This document shows, piece by piece, positions 38,504-49,993 of a stretch of DNA of 64,000 bases. The stretch's first letter is position 1. Each line of letters starts with the position of its first letter. The position numbers and the translations under genes are program-made. The notes beneath the pieces were generated by a model. That model worked only from the letters and a program-made list of their open reading frames with translations. It was not told where the DNA came from and ran no database searches. The stretch is taken from positions 434,001-498,000 of the forward strand of contig NW_003314363.1 in assembly GCF_000143415.4 (NCBI RefSeq), in the 5' to 3' direction. This DNA is from Selaginella moellendorffii. Taxonomy: Eukaryota; Plantae; Lycopodiophyta.

Positions 38504-39290
38504 CTCCCCAGAAAAAGAAGAAAAAAACTTTCCCTGCCGCGTTCCAGTTCCAGAATACTATCCAGTACAACTCCAACTTGAGCCCCTGCGATAGTGGTCA
38601 CTGCTTAACAAACTCTATCTCCGATCATCAGCGAGAGAGCCCAGCAGCATTCCTCTATTCCTCTATTCCTATGCTGTGGAAGTTTAAAGGCCAGCACCGA
38701 AGAAACAGTAAATCCATTCACAAGCCAGCGCCTCTGCTTTGACTCGGCTTGTATGCTTTGCCCTGGCCTTTGTTTGCCCCATTCATAATAACGGAGAGAA
38801 TGAGCCATAAAGGAAGAGACAAAGCCAAGTTTTGGTACCTGTTCTGTGCCAGGAGGATGAGCTCAGCGTAGCAATGGCGCCCGTTCATTCTCGATCGCTC
38901 GCTCTCTCCAAAACCCTATACCCTAATCCGTGTGCCGTGCTTCCTCCTCACCGAATCGTCAAACCTGGATCAAACGACCTGGTATCCAATGCGCTGCGAT
39001 GCGATGGCTACCCTGACCTGATCTTCGTCCAGCGCCTCCAGCCGCGCCATTGGCGCCATCGCATCAAATGCCGCCATCGTTTTCCGCGCTGCGCCACGCC
39101 TGCCCTCTGCTGCGCCCTCCTGGAAGAGTGAGAGTGTGAAATATTTCCATCGTCGGGCTGGGCGGGAAAGAGATCGACGGCTGGAAATAACGCTAGGGCA
39201 ACAAACAGCCGTAGCCTCCATTTAATGCCGATTAAAGAGACCGTACAGTATTTTAAACAGCGCGGGCATTTCCTTTTTAGGGCTCTTCGA

Positions 39291-39299
39291 TTAGGGTTT
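39291..39299 (-). promoter_or_regulatory. Telo-box (AAACCCTAA) just upstream of the PPR start
   Basis: TTAGGGTTT about 10 nt before ATG 39309. Similar boxes precede other start codons (619, 27357, 44312, 60765). Confidence 0.55.
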
Positions 39300-39308
39300 A
39301 TCCGTTCC

Positions 39309-41795
39309 ATGCGAAAGTGTCCACATCGCTCTGGATTCGTGCTGCATCGAGGCGCGTGGGAGGAGATTCTAGTGCGGGCGCAACGGGCTCTTCGCGGCGA
39401 TGGCAGCAAGAGATCGATCTTGCTAGCGGCATTGAAGGCGTGCGGCAATGCGCGGGAGCTCGAGACGGGTACGCTGATCCATGGCGAGATCGAGCCGGAG
39501 CGGGGGCTGGATTTGTGTGTGGCAAACACACTGATCAGCATGTACGCGAAATGCGGGAGGATGGGCGACGCTCGCAGGATTTTCGAGGGGATTCCAGCGC
39601 CAGACGTGATCTCGTGGAACGTTTTGGCGCTCGGGTGTGCCGAGAACGACGAAGAAGAACTGGCTCTGGAATTGCTGGAGAGAATGAAGGATTGCGGGGG
39701 CGATGCCCGTCCAAATGCAAGAACTTTTCTCGCGGCGGTGAAGGCTTGTAGCTCTCTGGCAGGGAAGGAACAGGGAACGCTAGTGAATGGAAAGCTGGTG
39801 AAAGTCCGGGCATTAGAGAAGGGAAGTAGAGTCCATTCTGGAGCAGTGATGGACGCGTTTGTGGCCAACTCTCTCGTGGACATGTACGCAAAGTGTGGAA
39901 GCATGGAGAATTCCCGACAGGTCTTTGACGGGATGCCGGCTCACAGTGTGGTTTCGTGGACTTCTGTGATGCTGGGCTATGCCGAGAACGGCCAGGGGGA
40001 GTCGGCTCTAGAACTCTTCCAACGTATCGTCGAGTTGGACGACGACTTCTCCAGCGCAGATGCCTCGATCTTTGTCGCTGCGTTGAAGGCATGCACGAGC
40101 TTGGCAGCGAAAGAGAGTGCGAGGCAAATCGATGGGATCCTCGTCAAGACGTCCGCTCTGGAGAGAGGCATCTTTGTTCACGCCAGAGCGTCCAAGAGCG
40201 GCTGGGACCGTGATATTTGCGTTGCCAGCACCCTGGTAAACATGTATGCCAAGTGTGGGAGTATGGACAACGCTTGCATGGTTTTCAACAGCATGCCTCG
40301 CCACGACACTGTCTCGTGGACTGCAATGATGATCGGCTATGGCGAGCACGGAGATGGCGAGCTCGTCCTCAAGCTCTTCGAGCAGATGCAGGCTCAAGGT
40401 TGTGTTCCGGATTCCTTTGCTTTTGTTGCTGCTCTAAACGGGTGTATATGTTTGGCAGAGAAAGAAGCCGGCACGCTGATCGACGGAAAGGTTGTCAAAG
40501 TCCAATCTGTGGAGAAAGGCATGGCTATGCACCATCAAGCTAAAAGACATGCTTGCGACTCAAACAGCTTTGTCTCCAACAGCATGATAAATATGTACGT
40601 CAAGTGTGGGAGCATGCTGGATGCCAGGATAGTCTTCGACAGGATGCTACAGCCTACTGTCGTGTCGTGGAACGCCTTAATGGCAGGGTACGTGGAAAGC
40701 GGGGATCTGACACTGGTCCTCGAGCTTTTTACAGGTATGCAACTCAAAGGTTTCTTACCGGATGCTCTAACTTATGTTTACGTGTTGAAGGCCTGCATTG
40801 GATTGGCAGAAGGTGAGAGAAGCCTGCAACTGGATGGGAGGAGGATAAAAGTTGAGTCTTTGGAAAAAAGCATGGCTTTACACTCTCGAGCTGCCGCCAG
40901 CGGTTTGGATACGGACATGTTTGTGGCTGGGTCCTTGATCGACCTTTACACAAGCTGTGGGAGCATGGCCGACGCTCGCCGCGTTTTCGACAGGTTACCT
41001 CTGCATGACGTTGTCTCTTGGACCGCTCTGATTTCTGGTTATGCAGAAACTGGAGAAGGAGATGTGGCTCTGGAGTTGTTCCGATATATGCGAGACGCCG
41101 GATGCTCTCCAGATGCTCAGACCTTTGTTGCCGCACTCCAGACCTGTGGCAGCTCCGTGGCCTTGGCATCTGTGAAAGCCATTCATGCGGACAAGCTCAA
41201 AGGCGGTCTAGAGGACGACGAGTTTTTGGAGACATCACTGGTGGATGCGTACGGGAAATGTGGACGAGCGGTCGAGGCACAGCAGCTGTTTGATGCGCTT
41301 CCCCGACTGGATCCACCGACCTGGACAAGTCTCATAGCAGGCTACAGCCGCCAGGGAGACAGCAAGAGAGTGATCGAGTTCTTCCACGCGATGCAGCGGG
41401 AAGGCTTTCAAGCGGACGAGATTACGTTCGTGTGTCTCCTCAGCGCGTGCAGCCATGCCGGTTTCGTGGAGAAGGGGAAGAAGTACTTTGAGCTCATGCT
41501 CCCGAGGTACCGGGTGAGAGCCACTCTGGAACACTACGTGTGCATGATCGACATCTATGGCCGTGCAAACGAGCTGGAGGCCGCGCTAGAGATGCTCCGC
41601 AACATGCCGTTCGAAGCCAATGCCGTTGCTTGGAGGACTCTGCTGGCCGCGTGTGCCAAATGGAACAACGTGGTGGTGGCGAAAGTGGCCTTCGATGCTC
41701 TAGTGGAGCTGGACCAGGCAAGCGCTGCGGCTTACTCCTTGATGGGAAACATCTACGGAAGCACAGGCATCAAAACCACGTCGACAAACTGGTAG
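39309..41795 (+). CDS. Intronless PLS-class pentatricopeptide repeat protein with an E-type C-terminus and no DYW domain
   Basis: Repeated P-L-S triplets (VVSWTALI.GY; FVAALKAC; VANSLVDMYAKCG), TFVCLLSACSHAG, EHYVCMIDIYGRA, MPFEANAVAWRTLLAAC. Confidence 0.95.
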   Translation: MRKCPHRSGFVLHRGAWEEILVRAQRALRGDGSKRSILLAALKACGNARELETGTLIHGEIEPERGLDLCVANTLISMYAKCGRMGDARRIFEGIPAPDVISWNVLALGCAENDEEELALELLERMKDCGGDARPNARTFLAAVKACSSLAGKEQGTLVNGKLVKVRALEKGSRVHSGAVMDAFVANSLVDMYAKCGSMENSRQVFDGMPAHSVVSWTSVMLGYAENGQGESALELFQRIVELDDDFSSADASIFVAALKACTSLAAKESARQIDGILVKTSALERGIFVHARASKSGWDRDICVASTLVNMYAKCGSMDNACMVFNSMPRHDTVSWTAMMIGYGEHGDGELVLKLFEQMQAQGCVPDSFAFVAALNGCICLAEKEAGTLIDGKVVKVQSVEKGMAMHHQAKRHACDSNSFVSNSMINMYVKCGSMLDARIVFDRMLQPTVVSWNALMAGYVESGDLTLVLELFTGMQLKGFLPDALTYVYVLKACIGLAEGERSLQLDGRRIKVESLEKSMALHSRAAASGLDTDMFVAGSLIDLYTSCGSMADARRVFDRLPLHDVVSWTALISGYAETGEGDVALELFRYMRDAGCSPDAQTFVAALQTCGSSVALASVKAIHADKLKGGLEDDEFLETSLVDAYGKCGRAVEAQQLFDALPRLDPPTWTSLIAGYSRQGDSKRVIEFFHAMQREGFQADEITFVCLLSACSHAGFVEKGKKYFELMLPRYRVRATLEHYVCMIDIYGRANELEAALEMLRNMPFEANAVAWRTLLAACAKWNNVVVAKVAFDALVELDQASAAAYSLMGNIYGSTGIKTTSTNW

Positions 41796-41931
41796 AAGAG
41801 CTTGAAACTTGTATACTCACAGATCTTCCTTTCAGGCTTTCACACAAGAGACAACGCTAAGAAAGAGCATACTGAGAACTCACTGCTCTTCCTTTCAGCT
41901 AAGAAGGGAAATCAGAGGAACTACAGATAGC

Positions 41932-42603
41932 TTATATCACCGCTGAGCTCTTGATCTTCCAGAAGACAGACATGGCTTGGTCCGCGCTGCCATCCATCGC
42001 GATGGCTCCAAAGAGCACATGAAACGCGACAGCCAAGACTTTGTCCGACTTTCGATCGACCGGAACGTCGGCCCTGATGAGCTTGTCGAGGCCGAGGCCA
42101 GAGGCGCGGCGTGCACAGGCCGTGGTGCTGGAGAGGCTGGATGACATGGCCTCGAGCTCTTCCTTGGTGGCATCTCGGTTCTTCGCGAGGTAATGCTTGT
42201 AAACGCTGGCCCGGATGATGCTCACGCCTAGCAAATGCAGGGGGCCATTGTTGTGGCGAGAGTAGGACGAGTGCGTGAGCGCGTCCTGGAGTAACGTGGA
42301 GTCATTGAACTTGTAGCTGGAGAAACCAAGATGAGAGGTGAGCTACGTTTTTTATTTTCTCATATTTTTTTTTACCCCAGTTCGTCTTCCAGGGTGTCTG
42401 ATGTCTCCTTGAGCTTGACGGAGATCGCCTGAGAACACTACGCTTGAGAAATAGGAAGGTGGTGAAAGTAAAACGAACATACCTGGACGAGTAGCAGTGG
42501 CGCGAATACGAACCAAACGGTTCTCATTGTAGAATGCAAGAACCCTAGTTACTTCTGCGAGCTTGAAAAGGTCTTCATCTTCTTTCTGGAGTCGAAAGTT
42601 CAT
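41932..42603 (-). CDS. NFD2: Mini RNase III-like protein (NUCLEAR FUSION DEFECTIVE 2-like)
   Basis: YKFNDSTLLQDALTHSSYS..NN..LHLLG, LGLDKLIR, AFHVLFGAIAMDG..QAMSVFWK; degenerate catalytic signature as in NFD2. Confidence 0.75.
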
Positions 42604-42694
42604 GATCTTCGACGACTACAGTGAGTGTAAATGTTGTAAACCAAATGCATCAACTTTACCATGATCTAAGATTGAAAGAAGGGACGGCCCAACC

Positions 42695-44283
42695 TTACAC
42701 AGGGACGCTGTAAACTCTTAAGAACTTGGATGTGTCAGCAACGATAAGATTGTCTGATGAGCTCGCTCTTGTTGTCATCCAATTCACCTGGAATCGCATT
42801 TTCAACGAACTGTATTTTCCGAAAGTCTCGTACCTTTCTATTGTGATTGAGTGAAAGCTTGAGCTCGCAAGCGGTCCAGTCCCAGATTTTAATGCTTGAA
42901 TCGTTACCACCTGAGATTACTGTCCTTCCGGACTCGTCAAAACTTGCAAAGTTCCTGCAACGGAGAATCGTTAAACAACATGAAAAATAAGAGAAGAAAA
43001 CGTAGGGACTTACACATGAGACACTGGTGCCGTATGGCCTCCTTGATCCACGTCTAGGCTGCATTTTCTGGCGAGACCCTGCGATGGATCCCTTTTCGCT
43101 GGGCCATTAAGATCGTAAACATCTGTCCCGCCATCGCCGCGCGCAACAGCCACAGTCCTTCCGAGCTCACCGGAGATTTCCCGCTGTGGGCATGCTAATG
43201 CATGCACGAATGGAGGATTGAAGATCTGCTTGGATGCATCTGATACACATCCTGGAAAACCAAAGCAAACCTCTTCAAGCCAGCCAGAAACTGATCAGCA
43301 CTCACCAAGATCAAGAGCAGCAAGCTGTTTTCCTCGGTTGAAGTCCCACTTGATCATCTTCGAGTCCAGTCCTCCCGTTACCACTGTATAATCCAGTTAT
43401 AGCAAAAGTTTACAAAACTAAGCTGCTTTACGTTCCCACGGCCTCAGGGGATGAAACTGCACTGCGCTACAGATCTACGTGACAAGAGTGTGTGAAGAAA
43501 CCACGCTGCAGAAAGAAATCGTCTCCAATATACATTTGTATGACCTCGCAAAGTTTTGAACGTCCTGTTGTTCTTAAGGTCCAAGATCTATAAACTTGAA
43601 AAGGTCAAGTCTGTGAATGCAAATAAAAGTTCGAAGAACAAACCTTGGTCTCTCCGCTATCATCCGAGGCTGCCAAAAACGTAGCCTTTCGATTGACCGC
43701 CAGCTGAAAATAAAAGCGTAGATCAGACTTGGAAATGTGAGTTTGAGAATTCACGCTCGACCTGATTGATATCATCTGCATTGATCGTGTGCTTTGCTAT
43801 GACGTCTGCCGAGGAACCCTTCCACGACAATGAAGAGAAAGAAACAAAACAAGAGGTCAGTCACGAATGGATTCACGAAGAAACATTCGTCGTACCAGCC
43901 GAAGGTCGAAACAATAAATGGATGATCCCGCTGCCGCGTAAACGAGGTTCATATCCACTGCGAGAACAAAAAAAAAAAAAAAAACTAAGTCAATTATACA
44001 AGACGAGGGACTAGAAAGAATTTAACAGCACCTGGATTGTAGCACACAGACGGCACAGGCAGTCCATCGAAGAAGGAATATTTCTGACTGGCCTCGTTGC
44101 TACCACGCAAATCAAAGACGCACACGCGCCCGTCCTGGAGAGGACAATTCCAGAGAAAATTCGATCGCAACACAAAGAAGACAACCTTACCTCGCCGCCG
44201 GACACCAATCCAGCTGCCGATCCATCACCGGAGGCGGCAGCGCAGCAAAGAATTGACGAAGAATGCCCCTTCAAGCGCCGCAT
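42695..44283 (-). CDS. WD40-repeat protein (WDR53-like), multi-exon
   Basis: MRRLKGHSSSILCC, GGLDSKMIKWDF, NPPFVHALA, GGHTAPVSHV, ISGGNDSSIKIWDW. Confidence 0.88.
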
Positions 44284-44311
44284 TTCTCGAGAAGCAGCAG
44301 CACAAAATAAT

Positions 44312-44320
44312 TTAGGGTTT
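44312..44320 (-). promoter_or_regulatory. Telo-box upstream of the WD40 gene
   Basis: AAACCCTAA on the minus strand 28 nt before ATG 44283. Confidence 0.55.
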
Positions 44321-44349
44321 AAGGGTAGAAGAAAAAATAAAGAAGTTGT

Positions 44350-44422
44350 CGCGCCAGACAGGGATCGAACCTGTGACTTTCTGCTCCGGAAACAGACGCT
44401 CTATCCACTGAGCTACAGGCGC
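44350..44422 (-). tRNA. tRNA-Arg (CCG)
   Basis: GCGCCTG-TA-GCTC AGTGGATA GAGC-G-TCTGT TT CCG GA GCAGA-AAGTC-ACAGG TTCGATC CCTGT-CTGGCGC-G; T6 terminator at 44332-44337. Confidence 0.95.
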
Positions 44423-44512
44423 ACAAGTGGTAGAAGATGCCACACAGGGTGGTTTAATTCTTTTCTTTCTCATCCAGATAGAGAATTAGGGTAGAAGAGT
44501 TCGAAGAAGAGA

Positions 44513-45032
44513 ATGGGGAAGAAGGAAGATAGCGTCCCGCCATGGCGCCAGCCGCCGCCACAGCGCAACAAGTACGAGAAGCTGGGAATGCGGGCGACGC
44601 ACGAGCACGGCAATACAGCGATGATGTACGCGCCAAAGCGAGGAGCTGGAATGGACGACGACGCCGCCGCCAAGGACGGGCTCATGGACGAGATTGATCC
44701 GGAGCTCCGCCTTGCTTTCAGCAGGAATTTCCAGGTGAGAAGGAGAGACAAGGGACAAGAGATTTCATCAAGCTCTCAATCTCTCATGACAGTTCCTCCG
44801 GAGGACTTTCAGCATTGAGACGCTCCTCAGGCCTCTACCTCCGCAAATCGCCCAGAACGTAGCTCTCAACCTCGGCTTCTTCTCCCGGATTTTCACGCAG
44901 TTCTTCGGTAACTTCGTCTTGCCAGTCCAAAGATTCTCACTTGCTCTCCTTGTTCCAGATCCCAGAGGAATCCGCGACGTGAGAAGCTCCATGGGTCTTG
45001 GAGAAGAGCGATCATCCAGGCGAGTAAGCTAA
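44513..45032 (+). CDS. Small conserved uncharacterised plant protein (3 exons)
   Basis: EIDPELRLAFSRNFQ | FLRRTFSIETLLRPLPPQIAQNVALNLGFFSRIFTQFF | DPRGIRDVRSSMGLGEE. Splice sites are clean and the peptide is familiar from plant proteomes, but I cannot name it. Confidence 0.8.
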
Positions 45033-45584
45033 GAATTATCGAAACGAAAACAAAAGGAAAAAAAAAAAGAGAAGAGAGTTTCATTGTTTGAACTGTGACA
45101 ACGATTTCTAAATCGCGAAATCCAAAAGCACGATGATGATAATAGCGTCTAACCCAGAGCCAGCACCTCCTTGGAGAGGGCCATTTTCTTCTTCCAGGAA
45201 ATAGATACACGGTAGCGTGTGTATAGTAGTAGTAGTTGTAGTAGAGTACTAGTGTGCCTCGGTTCTTCGCTCAGCGTTCCAGTATGTATAAAAAATCTTT
45301 CTCCCAAACTGGCCTTGCTTTCTCAACAGGCTGCTTGCTTGTGATGTTGTTAGTAAACTCGGCCGAGCAAATTCTTTGCGCACCTTTTTTTTTACCACGC
45401 GCTTCTCCCCCACCTATAAAAGTTTCCTCCTACCTTGCTTGATCCTTGATCTTGTCAGTTTTTTTGTTGTTTTTCTGTTTTTCTTTTTTCTTTTTTTTTG
45501 GCGTTTTTTTTTACCTCCCCTTGATCCTCCTCGACTCGATTCGGTCTTTTTTGTTTTTGTCTCGCTTCTTTTAACTCTGCCGCT

Positions 45585-46913
45585 TTAGTGCCTTCGATCC
45601 CGTCGTGGTGACCGGTCCCGGCCGCGATAAGGGGACCTGTCTCGAGCACCCGCGCCTCTAGGCCCTGGATATCGCGCAAACGTCAAGCGCAGGACGTAAG
45701 AGTCGGGGTCGTTCTCGTCGAACTTATAGCCTGCGTAAAACGAATATCGAGTGGTCACACACCGATTCATGAAGAGATTCCATCTGCTGAGACGAACCTT
45801 GTAATGCTTCTAAAGCCGTCGCTGCGCACCTGGGATCGGCGAACTCCACAAAACATAGCACGATCTTCTCTCCTACCGCCTGAAACACAGAAAACAAAAC
45901 GTTAGACTCGTGCACGGGTCCAAACAAAAGCTCACACACTCGTTTAGCATCTTTGTGCACCACTCGCACTTCCTTGAAACCAATGAATGGACGGAAGATA
46001 TCTGAGAACAGAAGCGACTCAGTAAAACCAAAAAGAGGAGGAGAGGAGAATGAGAACAAACGGAAGAAAAAGTTTACTCACGTGCGGCTTCACGTCGAGT
46101 GCAATCTATAGGAAGCCCATCGACAAAAAGTGTAGCTGAGGCTTCGGGGGGTAAAATATCAGGTCCGCCACGAAGAACATCTTGGTCCTGCGGCCCTGGT
46201 AACCCGAGTCTTCCTAACGCAAAATCATAAGCACCCAGCCGTGCTCCTTGACTGAGGAGGGTCTGATCGTCGAGGACACCCCCCAAACCGGATGCCCCTA
46301 ATACGCCGAGACCACCGGTTCCAGTGGTCAAACTAACAAGCTCGGATGTAGTTAATCCCTGGTAAAGCTGTGACAAAGAAAAACGAAAAAGAATGTTCAG
46401 ACATGACGAAGGAATCCAGTTTCGGCATACCCCATTTCTCAAAAGCGAAGAGCCGGCACCAAGACTATCGTAAGCAGCATGGGCAGCCAGGTCCTCATAC
46501 GCGAGGTCCCTGGAGCTGTAGCCACCGAGGTCGCGTAAACCTCCAGCAGCAGTTCTTGATGTGCCATAACTGCTTTTCGAGGGCGTAAGATCCTCTGCAA
46601 AAACCAAAGCCGAAAAAAAAAACCAAAAAAAAAAAAAAAAGCTCATGAGTACAAAAGTAGCAGAAAAAAAAAAAGAAAACATAAAGAAGAAAAAAAAAAG
46701 AACGAGCTCTAAAGCGGCCTAACCTCTCTACAGTCTCACAGAAACAGGAAAAATCTAGAGACAAAGGCTAAGAAAAACGAAACGATCGGCAAGAAGAAAA
46801 AAGGAGGAGGAAATAAAATAAAGATGGAAAAGAAACTCCAAAGGCAAAGAGGGTGAAGGGGACACACCCCTTCTGTCGCTCCCAAAGTGCCAGTTAGCCG
46901 TGAAGTCGGTCAT
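45585..46913 (-). CDS. Single-RRM RNA-binding protein (nuclear speckle RBP NSR/RBPMS-like)
   Basis: ASATLFVDGLPIDCTRREAAHIFRPFIGFKEVRVV...LCFVEF...ALEALQGYKFDE...LRLTFARYPGPR; 5' exons approximate. Confidence 0.88.
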
Positions 46914-47585
46914 GTCGCTAGGATCCCGTGTTCCTCGTACACCTGCAGTGAATGCAGCCATCACTGACAGTCTTCCAGCCAAAATTCTTTCCAGTCACAC
47001 ACTGTGCCTGCGGATTTTCCCCCGCCCCTCTTACCCTAACCCTGCTGCTCTAGCTACCGCTCACGAGCTCGAAATCTCCATGCCTTCCCCTCTCTCATCC
47101 AAACCCTACCCCGAATTCCTTTCCTCTCCCTCTCTCTCGCGCTAGCGCCTTGCTCGATCTCGCGAATCCATGGAAAGCAATGTGGGCGTACCTGGATGCC
47201 GCCGTGAGGAACAGGATCCAAGCCGCCAAGCGCCGCCGTCGTCGTCGCCCGCCAAACAAGCTCTCGGTAGGGCTTGTGAAGTAAGCCCAGTTACAAAAGA
47301 AAAAATTGCCACGTCGGACGTACGGCGCCGTACCGGGGCTGCCTGATGTGGCAGATGAGACCGACGTGGAGCCGGCCACCCGGGCGGGAGAGGGCCACGT
47401 GGCTGTGGCGTTTGTTTGGATTTTCCGGTTTGAAATTTTGGCTGCCATTGATCAAGGCGGGAAGGGCAAGCGGCAGGGCAGCGCGGGAGTGGGCATCGAT
47501 CGATCGGTCCATCCATTTGTGTAAGTGCACCGCTTTCTTTCGCATCGATCGATCCATCGGCCTGATCTTGGCGCTTTCAGTGGGG

Positions 47586-47727
47586 ATGAGTTACGCCGCG
47601 GAGATCGAGAGCTCGGTGGTCAGGCCGAAGCTAAACTTGCAGCCCAGGAGCTCCGTGGCGGATCTTGCTGGGATGGGAGCGAAATACGCCAACAAGGTCC
47701 GTTTGATTTGATCCCCCCTCTCTCTCT

Positions 47728-47765
<38 letters not shown>

Positions 47766-48747
47766 GTGTTTGTTTACATTTGCATCGTCTAAAAGAGGAT
47801 TCGTTTAAGACTGTGTGTAGCCCAGCCCGTTTGGAGCTGCTCGTCCAAGGGAACAAGTCCTAGCGGAGCGCGAAGGAAAGAAGGAGGAGGACGTTTTCAA
47901 GGAGCAAGCACAAAAGGAATGGAAAGGCAGCGTAAGTGTCTTTTTTTTCGTTCGCGCTTTTCTCAGGAACTTCGAAGAACTTGGTTTTTTATCTATCTTT
48001 GTGGCACCTAACATCTTTCTTTGATGTTTTAGATCATACTAACTGAACCGCAACGCGAGGAGAAAAGAGCGGCCGAAGCCGAGCTTGCTTCTGCTCGCCG
48101 GGAGCTGGAAGCCGAGGTTGATCCGGTCAAGCTCAAGACTCTCAAGGAGGACGTGATCATCAAGCAACGGAAGCTCGAGGGTCTACTCAACTCATTCGAG
48201 GCAAGCTTTTGTTCTTTTGTTTTGATCTTCGGAAGCACTTAAAGAGATGGTATCAACTCCAGAGACTCGCCGTTCAGACTGCTCAGTCCGGAGGCATCCG
48301 ACGCTCGTACGACAAGAAGCAGCGCGGCGATCTCGTGTTCGCGGAGCAACCTCAAGACGGATGCATCAGCTTCTCCTCCAGAGTCCGGCTAGGGTCATCG
48401 AACTACGAGAGCTGGAGCGGCGGCTATAGGGGACGAGCGAATCTAACCCAGTGCTTTACCTGTGGCGAGGTAAAAGTTCTCTTCCTTTTCTTTCGACACT
48501 CTAGTTGATATATCGTTTTCAACAGATCGGCCACTTCTCTCGTGACTGCCGAAACAGCAACTACGCGAGAGGCCGTCCGTGTTTCACTTGCGGCCAAGAG
48601 GGCCATTACTCCCGTGAGTGCCCGCTCCTTCTCACTGGCTCTTACGGAATGGCCGGCTATGGCTTCCCAGAATTTATCCACAGCGGCTACGATCAGAGCG
48701 GCAGCAAAGCGAGCCTCCGAGGCTACAACCCGGGAGCAACGTATTGA
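47586..48747 (+). CDS. Small eIF4B-related protein with two CCHC zinc knuckles
   Basis: RPKLNLQPRS and PFGAARPREQVLAE motifs, a coiled coil, then CFTCGEIGHFSRDC and CFTCGQEGHYSREC; four introns. Confidence 0.78.
47718..47761. repeat. (CT)n microsatellite in the first intron
   Basis: Directly visible. Confidence 0.9.
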
Positions 48748-48853
48748 CTAATCCATCATCCATCACAGCTTTACGACTTGGGAAAGAAGAAACACGCTAC
48801 GCTTGCGATGCTACTTTTCTACTACCACTTCAACTTTGTACTGATGCATTTTG

Positions 48854-49357
48854 TTAAAATGGTCTCTGGCCATTGTTTCCAGGAGGGAAATAGTCGCACG
48901 CCATGAACACGTCTCCACGGCCACACTGGACTCGAGCACAGCCAACCCGGCGCGAGAACCTCGACACCACCTGGGTGTAGTGGCCGCAGGCACCGCGGCC
49001 GCCAAGGCAAGAGTTTGTGCCATAGTCATACCACCGCCGCTCGCTCATCCACGACTCGACAGCGTCGGATGGATTCCAGCTCCGCCCAGCGCCGCCACTC
49101 CCCCAGAAGATGTTCTCGCCGTAGGGGCCTCGCGAGTGCTGGAGCGAGCAGGCTCCAAAGATCCTCCTCGAGTTCGCCCAGGCGAGCGCGAAGGCCGCGA
49201 GGCGATCGTCCCAGACGAGGGGGGCGACCCCGACTCGAGCTCTTGCAGCGTTTTGTGGATCCAGGAACGAAGAAGACAAAGAAGAAAAAGAAGAGGAATG
49301 GATCACGTCCACCATAGTCAGGATGGAAAGCAAGAGCAAACCGATGAGCGAATTCAT
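48854..49357 (-). CDS. PR-1-like CAP/SCP secreted protein
   Basis: Signal peptide; FLDPQNAARARVGVAPLVWD, HSRGPYGENIFWG, CGHYTQVV, VGCARVQC, CDYFPPGN..GQRPF. Confidence 0.95.
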   Translation of the reverse strand: MNSLIGLLLLSILTMVDVIHSSSFSSLSSSFLDPQNAARARVGVAPLVWDDRLAAFALAWANSRRIFGACSLQHSRGPYGENIFWGSGGAGRSWNPSDAVESWMSERRWYDYGTNSCLGGRGACGHYTQVVSRFSRRVGCARVQCGRGDVFMACDYFPPGNNGQRPF

Positions 49358-49993
49358 GAAGAAAAGGTCCAGGGCCTTTTCTTTCCTTTGCGAGAGGATT
49401 GGTTTTAAAGAACTTTTTGGGGTGTCAATTCCAGATCTCGTACACTCGAGTCTCCATCACTTCCATAACCATTGCATATGCCCGGCCTTAAAAGTTGGCA
49501 GACATTTCGATAAAGGCGCCCGTTTTCGAAATGGGTGGTAGTTAGGGTTAGGGCAAAAGAGTTTAGATTGTTTGTCGCGATCCGTGAAGTCTACTGCTTG
49601 ATTGATCGGCGCGAGGGTCCCAAGGATATAAAGTTTGGATTGGTTGAAAAACTATTGCGATCGTGGAGCTCTCGTTTGGTCGACACATCGGCATCGATTG
49701 CGATTGTTGCAAATCCAAAGTCATGCGCGATGTGGAGCGAGACGAGCAAGCCGTGAAATCCTGATTCGCCAGGATCTATTTGGTGAGACGAAACAACGTA
49801 TAAACAACAACAAACGAAGATTGGGAACTGGGAGGGAGAAATCATATATAAAGTTTGGATCAATCAAATCAAAGATCTCGTCACCATGTATACGAGACTC
49901 CTTTTTGTTCTTGACGTAAGAAGAATGTAATGTACAAAGCGCTTATCGAGCCGTGTCCCTAGAAGAGGAAAAAAAAACAAAACCAAGAACACT

